DNA of 64,000 nt from Patescibacteria group bacterium (GTDB taxonomy: Bacteria > Patescibacteriota > Saccharimonadia > UBA4664). Positions 57,091 to 64,000 of this stretch are shown here, piece by piece. The stretch's first letter is position 1. The number at the start of each line of letters is the position of its first letter. The notes beneath the pieces are model-generated. The model was given only the letters and a program-made list of their open reading frames with translations. It had not been told where the DNA came from and made no database searches. The translations under genes and the position numbers were made by a program. The stretch spans positions 8,057-72,056 of the forward strand of contig JAQGHG010000010.1 in the NCBI GenBank assembly GCA_028288925.1, given 5' to 3'.

Positions 57091-58371
57091 TTAATCGTGG
57101 CGCAGCGCGGTGATGGGATCGAGGCGGGCGGCGCGGAGGGCGGGCAGCGTGCCGGCGAGCAGACCCAGGGCCATGGCCCCAGCGATGATGAAGATCATAT
57201 CGGTAGCCGGGTACAGCAGGATGTGGGTACCGGGAAAGCCTTTAAAGACCGACTTGAGCAAGATGCGGTCAATGAGCGGCCCGATGGCTATGGCCAGCCC
57301 TACGCCCGCTACGCCGCCCCAGAAGCCGATGGAGACGGCCTCGGATAGGAAGATGGCGAAGATGCCACGCGGGCGCATGCCTAGCGCCTTGAGCAGGCCG
57401 ACCTCTTGCGTGCGCTCGAGCACGGCCATGAGCAGGGTGTTGATGATGCCCAGCGCGGCGGCCAGCAAGGCTACCCCGGCGAAGGCGCTCAGACCCAGCT
57501 GCACCATATTGATGACGGTGTTGAAGTGGGCGGTTTCGTCGGCGAAGGTTTGGGCACTGTAGCCGCCGGCGTCGAGCGCGGACTTCATGCTGGCGGTTTG
57601 GGCGGAGGTCTGGTTGGGGTCGGTGGTGGCGAAGAGGCCTTCGGCTTTGAGTTTGCCGGCGGTTTGGTAGCTCGCCAGGTCGGCCTGCTCCAGGTAGCTG
57701 ATGGTCGCTCCCGGCGCGTGCAGGGTGTCGCTGGCCACGGCCGCCACCTTAAACTGTACGGTTTCGGAGCGCAGCACCTGGCCGGGCTTGTCGCCGGCCT
57801 GGCTCAGGCCCACGGTCACGGTCTTGCCCAGGGCGTCGGCGGCCGAGGCAAAGCCCAGGGTCTGGATGTAGGCGTAGGGCAGCACGATGGCGGTCTTGTC
57901 GGCCGGGTCGGGGTATTTGCCGGCGGTCACTTCTGGGTTGTTGGCGGTGGGATAGTTGGCTTGGAGCTGCACCACGTATTTCTTGCCACTGCCGGCCTGG
58001 ATGTAGTCCGGATTTACCTTATACACGGGATATGCTCCGGTGACGCCGGCCGCTTTCTTCACGGCGGCCACGTCGGCGTCGGTCATGTAGACGGTGCCGG
58101 TGGCGGCGCTGTGGGTGGGATCGTATTCGAGCACATTATTGGCGCTGCGGCGCTCGTCTTTGGTGTTGGCTTTGAGCTGCACGCTCATGGTATTAGGCTG
58201 GCCGTAGGCCTGGATCTGCGCGTCTATGTAGTGCCGCACGCCCTGGCTGAGCGCGGTGACCATAGCGAGCGTGAAGGTGCCTACTAAAATGGCGGTCACC
58301 GTAAGGAAGGTGCGGGACTTGGAGCGGGCCAGGTTGGAGCTGCCGGTTTTGGCGTATTCGAGGAGTTTCAT
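57091..58371 (-). CDS. MacB/FtsX-type ABC permease
   Basis: RTFLT, GIINTLLMAVLERTQEVGLLKALG and PALRAARLDPITALR motifs. Confidence 0.93.
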   Translation of the reverse strand: MKLLEYAKTGSSNLARSKSRTFLTVTAILVGTFTLAMVTALSQGVRHYIDAQIQAYGQPNTMSVQLKANTKDERRSANNVLEYDPTHSAATGTVYMTDADVAAVKKAAGVTGAYPVYKVNPDYIQAGSGKKYVVQLQANYPTANNPEVTAGKYPDPADKTAIVLPYAYIQTLGFASAADALGKTVTVGLSQAGDKPGQVLRSETVQFKVAAVASDTLHAPGATISYLEQADLASYQTAGKLKAEGLFATTDPNQTSAQTASMKSALDAGGYSAQTFADETAHFNTVINMVQLGLSAFAGVALLAAALGIINTLLMAVLERTQEVGLLKALGMRPRGIFAIFLSEAVSIGFWGGVAGVGLAIAIGPLIDRILLKSVFKGFPGTHILLYPATDMIFIIAGAMALGLLAGTLPALRAARLDPITALRHD

Positions 58372-59045
58372 TACTGGATCTTCCCGTCTTTTATGATGAT
58401 GGTACGGTCGCAGAGCTTGGCCAGGTCGGCGTCGTGGGTCACGACCACCAGGGTGATGTGGCGCTTGCGGTGCAAGTCAAATAGCAGCTTGATGACGGTA
58501 TGGCCGGTCTGGGTATCCAGGTTGCCGGTGGGCTCGTCGGCGAAGATCACTTCGGGGCCGGCCACCAGGGCGCGGGCGATGGCTACGCGCTGCTTTTGGC
58601 CGCCGGAGAGGTCGGTGGCGCGGTTTTTGGCCTTGTCGGTCAGCTCCACTTGCTCTAGGGCTTCCATGGCGCGGCGGTTGCTCTCCGCGACGGAGATGTT
58701 GGCAATCTTGAGCGGCAGCGCCACGTTTTCGAGCACGGTCAGGCGCGGCTGCAGGAAGAATTGTTGGAATATGAAGCCAAATTTGGTGTTGCGCAAGGAG
58801 CTGAGCTCGCCCTCGCTCATGTGGCCCAGATCGTGGCCGCCGACCTTTACCGAGCCGGAGGTGGCGGTGTCGAGCCCGGCCAGCAGGTGCATGAGTGTGG
58901 ATTTGCCCGAGCCGCTCTTGCCCACTATGGCCACGCTCTCGCCCGGCGCGATGCTCAGATCCACGCCGCGCAGCGCCTCATAGGCCGTATCGCGCTTGCC
59001 ATAGGTTTTATGGAGTTGGTTGGTTTGGAGTAATGCGTTTGTCAT
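58371..59045 (-). CDS. LolD/MacB-type ABC ATPase
   Basis: GKSGSGKST, LSGGQKQR, ADEPTGNLD and VTHD motifs. Confidence 0.95.
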   Translation of the reverse strand: MTNALLQTNQLHKTYGKRDTAYEALRGVDLSIAPGESVAIVGKSGSGKSTLMHLLAGLDTATSGSVKVGGHDLGHMSEGELSSLRNTKFGFIFQQFFLQPRLTVLENVALPLKIANISVAESNRRAMEALEQVELTDKAKNRATDLSGGQKQRVAIARALVAGPEVIFADEPTGNLDTQTGHTVIKLLFDLHRKRHITLVVVTHDADLAKLCDRTIIIKDGKIQ

Positions 59046-59065
59046 GGTCTTACTTTACACCGGGG

Positions 59066-59084
59066 ATGTGAAGGGGGTGTGAAC
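59066..59084. promoter_or_regulatory. OmpR-family direct-repeat box 2
   Basis: ATGTGAAG-ggg-GTGTGAAC, 8 nt from a minus-strand TAAAGT. Confidence 0.75.
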
Positions 59085-59132
59085 GACGAACGGCCCGATA
59101 CTATTCATCAAAGATTCTGCTATTCTCGAGAT

Positions 59133-59822
59133 ATGCAGCCGTTTAATACCGAAATTGACCAAATTACGCAAGACGTCTCCTCATATGCTAAGAGGATTTT
59201 TGATGAATATGCGGAGCTTAATCTCGAGTTAAAATCTGATTATTCAAAAAGCGCGGTATGGATAAGTTTTCACCTGGGTTGTGATTATTTCTTGAGTGCT
59301 CGCGATACCTTGGAAGCGAGCCGACTCCTAGGAGGAGGTGCAATTGTCAGAACATGTATTGAGAATATAGCTGATCTTTTCTATATCTTCGCCTCGTCAC
59401 AAAAAGAGGGTAAGCGAGCTAAGGCTTACGTCGAAAGTCTAGAGACATTTAGACAGAAGATGATAGAGATAACGAAATTGGGCAGCGATGCCGTCTTTGA
59501 GGCTCGCATGGCGAAACAGGTTAATGACTGGACCACCTCTACCATTACCGATCGAATGAAGGTGACAGGTCAAGCGATGACGACAATCTATGACTTTCTT
59601 AGTTACTCGAGCCACCCCAACCCAGGCGCTCTTTCCTATCTCCTAATTCCAGGGTTCAAAAAAGCACAACAAAATTTACTGCAACAGGTCAATTGTACCG
59701 TGATGTTGCATTTAATTAGTCATGTTCTCATGCATGATGATCTCAAGTCAGTGACCCTAGAAGAAGCCGACGCCGTAGCTAGGCGCCTTGGCTCAAAAGT
59801 ATTACCTGATGGAGAGAGGTAA
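59133..59822 (+). CDS. DUF5677-like helical protein
   Basis: VRTCIEN.A.L.YI and YDFLSYSSHPN motifs; lower GC. Confidence 0.6.
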   Translation: MQPFNTEIDQITQDVSSYAKRIFDEYAELNLELKSDYSKSAVWISFHLGCDYFLSARDTLEASRLLGGGAIVRTCIENIADLFYIFASSQKEGKRAKAYVESLETFRQKMIEITKLGSDAVFEARMAKQVNDWTTSTITDRMKVTGQAMTTIYDFLSYSSHPNPGALSYLLIPGFKKAQQNLLQQVNCTVMLHLISHVLMHDDLKSVTLEEADAVARRLGSKVLPDGER

Positions 59823-59835
59823 TTGATGGTGGTAT

Positions 59836-60519
59836 TCACTTGAGCATTAGGGGCAGGTTTGAAGTAACCCATCTCCAGTCAAAAAGGACTGCCTGCAAGA
59901 GAACGAAATACGCGATTAGAGCTATCTTTAAAGCCCACTTCTGAACGTTTAACCATCTAGGTTCGGGTGTTGTTTTTCCCTGAGTTGGCTTGAAGATGAC
60001 ATTTTCCATAGTCTCCATTTCGCCAAAACTACGAAACTTTGCTTCAGATAGTAATTTAGCCCTTGCGCTATTAGCAAAACCCCACATCTTATGGAAGCCC
60101 ACAAGTACCATATAATATTGAAGCCCAGCAGCAATGGAAACTCCGAGCGACAGAACGCCCAAGAGGGTCAGCCATTTCTGATCAAACGTCATCGACTTCA
60201 GAATCTCACCGTTAGAGAGCATAACTATGTTTGCCGACAACATTACAGTCGTTGCCAGCATTAGCTGACCACACATAGCCCTCTCTGTCTCGTTTTCCTC
60301 TAGAAAGGCTTTGTCTCTTTGGTGCACCGCTTTCTCGATTTCTCCATCCAGGAAATTCTTGAGCTCTGGCGTTTTCTGGGCGAGGTCAGAATATATTGGA
60401 CGGGTATCGGGAGTTGCACTCGACAAGGAGCCGCGTTCAGTCTTTGATCTACTGATTCTGGTCACTTGATGTAGGGGCTTCTGGTGCCGTAGAAGTAGGC
60501 TCACTAACCGCAGGTCCAC
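59836..60519 (-). CDS. Hypothetical 3-TM membrane protein (start uncertain)
   Basis: Hydrophobic segments; lower GC; 5' end overlaps the 68-aa ORF. Confidence 0.6.
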   Translation of the reverse strand: MDLRLVSLLLRHQKPLHQVTRISRSKTERGSLSSATPDTRPIYSDLAQKTPELKNFLDGEIEKAVHQRDKAFLEENETERAMCGQLMLATTVMLSANIVMLSNGEILKSMTFDQKWLTLLGVLSLGVSIAAGLQYYMVLVGFHKMWGFANSARAKLLSEAKFRSFGEMETMENVIFKPTQGKTTPEPRWLNVQKWALKIALIAYFVLLQAVLFDWRWVTSNLPLMLK

Positions 60520-60655
60520 TTACTTGGGTTTCAGCCGGATTGCTTACTTGACTCATGTCAGGGTAAATCGCATGGGGTGTGCGGTCATCAGAGCCTTTAA
60601 CCACACGACCAGTTGGAATATCTACGAGTTTAACTTCTTTGCTGTCTTCATTCAT
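60449..60655 (-). CDS. 68-aa low-complexity hypothetical protein
   Basis: AAGGGG RBS; disordered-looking sequence. Confidence 0.4.
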   Translation of the reverse strand: MNEDSKEVKLVDIPTGRVVKGSDDRTPHAIYPDMSQVSNPAETQVSGPAVSEPTSTAPEAPTSSDQNQ

Positions 60656-60720
60656 AATTGCTTGCCCCTTTATATTCTTAGTGTACTTCTTTCACAGTCG
60701 TTCTGTGTAGCCATTTTTCT

Positions 60721-61620
60721 CTAATCAGTGCTTGATGACTGGTCTTGCCTCTGAGATGCATGCCAAGCTGCTTTCTCCGCTACATCTGCATCCATAATCT
60801 CTTGACCCTCCCTGGAGACAACCTTCATTTCAGCCTTAACAGCTTCGTCAGTAATCGAACTTTTACGACTAGCGACGATCCCATTCGACCGCTTAATCAT
60901 ATCTGGGGTCTTGTCGACGTTGGTGGCCAACCGCACATAGGCCGTAATCTCTCTGAGCCTATGGGCGATTAGGTACTCGATGAAATCAACGATTCCGCTC
61001 ATCTGGCTACGGATGTGAGTTGTGTGGTTTTTATAAATCTCGGGGGACATTATTGCCTTCAGCCTCAACTCCCCCAGCTCATCCAAGGTTCTGCCGATAC
61101 CCTGGCTGTCCAAATTCAATCGGCGTATATCGTAGTAAAGGTCACTTAGCATTTGGGCCAGTTTAAGGTCCGCAAGTTTCAGGAAATGGGCTTCATCCGT
61201 TGGCAAGTGAACCGGTCGCCGAAAGTTGACCGCACCTTGATCACTTGCTTGGATTAGCGACTTGATTGCCACAATGTTGTCACCGAGCATGGCGTACAAG
61301 AGTACCAATTCACGATTGAGCTTAATCAGGTCATTGTAGTGCAATACGCGTCGTTCGTGGGCTAAGCGCCGATCTTCCGCCGCCAGGTCAGCTTTGAGCT
61401 TTCGTTGGTCCTTATACCAGTCGTTAATGACGATACCCAGAGTGGCGCCAAGGGCGCCGATTAGCCCGCCGAGAGCTGACGATACTGATTGCTGTCCTAG
61501 GGGACTAAGTATAGGCATACTGGGACGAAAACGAGCTACCAGATAGCAAAGTGAACCTAGTGCTACCAGAATGATGGCCGTGGAGCCATAAGCCCTGAGT
61601 TTTCGAGTCATAGTATCCAC
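60721..61620 (-). CDS. Hypothetical protein, 2 TM plus helical domain
   Basis: GGLIGALG..L TM followed by a coiled helical region; lower GC. Confidence 0.65.
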   Translation of the reverse strand: MDTMTRKLRAYGSTAIILVALGSLCYLVARFRPSMPILSPLGQQSVSSALGGLIGALGATLGIVINDWYKDQRKLKADLAAEDRRLAHERRVLHYNDLIKLNRELVLLYAMLGDNIVAIKSLIQASDQGAVNFRRPVHLPTDEAHFLKLADLKLAQMLSDLYYDIRRLNLDSQGIGRTLDELGELRLKAIMSPEIYKNHTTHIRSQMSGIVDFIEYLIAHRLREITAYVRLATNVDKTPDMIKRSNGIVASRKSSITDEAVKAEMKVVSREGQEIMDADVAEKAAWHASQRQDQSSSTD

Positions 61621-61679
61621 ACCGGCTCCAGATTAGAGATACTATAACTCACGGTCGGCCAGATAGAAACTTCTGGATA

Positions 61680-62681
61680 TTAGTGAGGGATCGGTAGCTC
61701 AATGATAAACGTCGCGCCAGGACGGATGTTCTCGGCAGAAATGGACCAGCCGTGCGCTTCGGTGATTTCTTTGGCTATGGCAAGCCCTAAACCGAGGCCA
61801 CCGGTAGCGCGGGAGCGGGATTCGTCCACTCTGTAGAAGCGTTCGAAGAGGTCGGGGAGGCTTTCTTCCGGGATGCCTCGGCCGTTGTCTTGGACAGATA
61901 GCATACTGCCGTCGTAGGTGAGGGTGATTTGGGTGCCTTGGGAGTATCGGATGGCATTACTTATGAGATTGCCGAGCAGGCGTTCGAGGAGTTTGGGGTC
62001 GGCCTGGAGGGGTTGGGAGGTGAGATTGAGGTCGAGGGTGAGGTTGGCGGTTTTGAGCTCGTCGGCGTAGTGGCGGCTTAGGCGGCGGGCGAGTTTGGCG
62101 AGGTCGACGGGCTCGAGGTGGGGGCGGATGGCCGAGGAGCGGATGGAGGCGTAGTCGCCCAGGCCTTGGACGAGGTCACTGAGGCGTTCGGCTTGTTCGT
62201 AGAGGAGTTGGACGCGGTCTTGGTCCATTCTGAGGACGCCGTCTTTGACGCCTTTGAGCTGGGCGTAGAGGGCCGTGACGGGGGTGTTGAGCTCGTGGGA
62301 GGTGTCGGAGATGAGGTCGCGGCGGAGTTTTTCTTCGTGGGCCAGGCGGGTGCCAAGCTCGTTGACTTCGGCGATGACGGCGTCGAATTCCTGGACGTCG
62401 CTGGATCCCAGCTTGGCCTGGTAGTTGTTTTGGCGCAGGGAGGCGATGACTGCGGCGAGGTTGCGCAGGGGCTCGGACACCAGGCGGGCGGCCAGGATGC
62501 CGAGAATGAGCGGGATGAGGATAGCCAGGGTGGGCAGCTCCAGGAAGACGAGCGGGAAGTGGGTGCGGCCGGAGCGGACGTAGAAGGCGGTGATGATGAG
62601 GGCGCCGATGAACAGCGTGGGGCCGACCACCACGATGAGCAGCGCGATGCGGACGGAGAGGCGGCGGAAGAGGCGCTTCAC
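61680..62681 (-). CDS. BaeS-like HAMP sensor histidine kinase (intramembrane-sensing)
   Basis: SHELNTP, NLISNAIRY, DNGRGI, FERFYRVDESR and GLGLGL motifs; very short loop between the TMs. Confidence 0.95.
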   Translation of the reverse strand: MKRLFRRLSVRIALLIVVVGPTLFIGALIITAFYVRSGRTHFPLVFLELPTLAILIPLILGILAARLVSEPLRNLAAVIASLRQNNYQAKLGSSDVQEFDAVIAEVNELGTRLAHEEKLRRDLISDTSHELNTPVTALYAQLKGVKDGVLRMDQDRVQLLYEQAERLSDLVQGLGDYASIRSSAIRPHLEPVDLAKLARRLSRHYADELKTANLTLDLNLTSQPLQADPKLLERLLGNLISNAIRYSQGTQITLTYDGSMLSVQDNGRGIPEESLPDLFERFYRVDESRSRATGGLGLGLAIAKEITEAHGWSISAENIRPGATFIIELPIPH

Positions 62682-63352
62682 TCCCCTACCTCGCGGAACC
62701 GGTAGCCACGGCCGATGACGGTCTGGATGTAGACGGGGTGGGCCGGATCGGGCTCGAGGGCCTTGCGGATGGCTTTGATGTGGGCGTCGATGGTGCGGTC
62801 GAAGACGGCGTGGCCGGCGGGGTCGTCGTAGGACTGGTCCAGGAGCTGGTCGCGGGTGAGGACCTGGCCGGGCTGCTTGGCCAGCGCCAGCAGAATGTTG
62901 AACTGGGTGGTAGTGAGGGCGATGGCGCGATTGTTTTGGGTGACGCGCATGGCGGCGGGCTCAATGGCGATATCTTTGAACTCGAGGCGGGCGGGCGCGT
63001 GACGGCGGAGCAGGGCCTGGGCGCGGGCCACGAGGATGGGCGGTTTGAAGGGCTTTTTGATGTAATCGTCGGCGCCGAGGTCTAGGCCCAGCAGCTCATC
63101 GGTGTCCTCGGCGCGGGCGGTGAGCATGATGATGGGCACCAGGGAATCGGCGCGGATACGGCGACAGACTTCGAGGCCGGAGAGGCCCGGGAGGTTGAGG
63201 TCGAGGACAATTAAGTCGAATTTCGACTGCTCGAATAATTCGAGGGCGGCCGGGCCGGTGGCGGCTTCGGCCACGTCGTAACCCGCACGTTTGAGGTAGG
63301 CGGCTTCGACCTCGCGGATAGGGGCTTCGTCTTCGACGATGAGGATCTTCAT
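62678..63352 (-). CDS. OmpR/PhoB family response regulator
   Basis: IVEDE, LDLNLP, GADDY.KKPF, RTIDAHI and IQTV.G.GY motifs. Confidence 0.96.
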   Translation of the reverse strand: MKILIVEDEAPIREVEAAYLKRAGYDVAEAATGPAALELFEQSKFDLIVLDLNLPGLSGLEVCRRIRADSLVPIIMLTARAEDTDELLGLDLGADDYIKKPFKPPILVARAQALLRRHAPARLEFKDIAIEPAAMRVTQNNRAIALTTTQFNILLALAKQPGQVLTRDQLLDQSYDDPAGHAVFDRTIDAHIKAIRKALEPDPAHPVYIQTVIGRGYRFREVGE

Positions 63353-63373
63353 GGAGCCTATTTTACACGAGGG

Positions 63374-63392
63374 GCGTGAAGCTGGCGTGAAT
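63374..63392. promoter_or_regulatory. OmpR-family direct-repeat box 3 (autoregulatory)
   Basis: GCGTGAAG-ctg-GCGTGAAT, 8 nt from a minus-strand TAAAAT. Confidence 0.75.
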
Positions 63393-63480
63393 GCCCCCTG
63401 TGAGCTTTTTGAGGGCGGGTTGAACCTGCGCGAGTTTAAATTAGAGAAACAGCTGGTGTTGGTATATAATTTAAAGATTC

Positions 63481-64000
63481 ATGCTTCTGCTCTGCTACGT
63501 CTTCTACTTCATTGCGGCTACGCTCTCGCCGCTACAACGGCGTAAACTTTCACTCACATCCCCTACTAGCGGTTACACATTTGCCTTCGCCTTTAGGACT
63601 TCACTTGTAGTAGGTTGCCTCGGCTTACTCTTACCTTTCTTCTCACCAGCGGAATTCAAGGGAGAATCATCAACAATCTTGGTTCTGGCATTTGCTAGTG
63701 GTATATTCGGCACCATCTCAATCACAAGTCAATATTGGGCACAAAAACACGTTGAGGCAGGCACTACCATCCTCATTGGAAACATATACACTCCAGTGAC
63801 AATTATTTTGGCGTCCTTATTGCTAAGAGAAGGACTCACACCACTGCAAGCAATCGGGACTCTATTACTGCTTGCTGCAATGATAGTGGTCTCAAAAAAA
63901 CATCACCTTGGTAAACAGCGATTCGACAAATACTTCTTAACAATGCTTTTAAGCGGGATCGCTCTCGGAATCGCTCTAACTGCGGAACGTGCACTTATTA
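63481..64000 (+). CDS. EamA/DMT family transporter, 3'-truncated (not in ORF track)
   Basis: MLLLCYVFYF...AQKHVEAG..NIYTPVTIILASLLLREGLT..Q.IG..LL; frame open to the window end; TATAAT upstream. Confidence 0.85.
   Translation, partial: MLLLCYVFYFIAATLSPLQRRKLSLTSPTSGYTFAFAFRTSLVVGCLGLLLPFFSPAEFKGESSTILVLAFASGIFGTISITSQYWAQKHVEAGTTILIGNIYTPVTIILASLLLREGLTPLQAIGTLLLLAAMIVVSKKHHLGKQRFDKYFLTMLLSGIALGIALTAERALI

Noticed and set aside
59836-60655. Programmed frameshift joining the 68-aa and 227-aa ORFs
   Set aside because: No slippery sequence recognised; an alternative internal start explains the overlap equally well.

Overview
High-GC bacterial chromosome segment (genetic code 11). Gene content suggests Patescibacteria, most likely Saccharibacteria: split transketolase, rpiB/rpe/gap/fba/pfkB block, D-lactate DH, DUF5671, CAP and PH-domain genes. 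The taxonomy is an inference. From left to right: the 3' part of a class II/class I terpene cyclase-like fusion; tRNA-Leu(CAG), SBP5, secG and an S9 peptidase; uvrC, uvrA and uvrB with GAAC-N7-GWAC LexA-type boxes; a ~15 kb surface-glycan locus; central carbon genes; a PadR-cls pair; a split PEP-utilising phosphotransferase with NUDIX genes; a mazF remnant; a PIN/RHH toxin-antitoxin pair; and an OmpR-type two-component system whose direct-repeat box is visible at three promoters. The glycan locus has 3 processive GT2 synthases, 4 CE4 deacetylases, a GH26-like protein, a sortase-fold protein lacking catalytic residues, a 59-aa LPQTG micro-protein, two membrane micro-ORFs missing from the ORF track and a structured intergenic RNA. 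Best candidates for undescribed biology: the LPXTG micro-protein/pseudo-sortase/glycan module, and two paralogous coiled-coil genes sharing an identically spaced SOS-box-like promoter. Family assignments come from motif recognition only; no searches were run.
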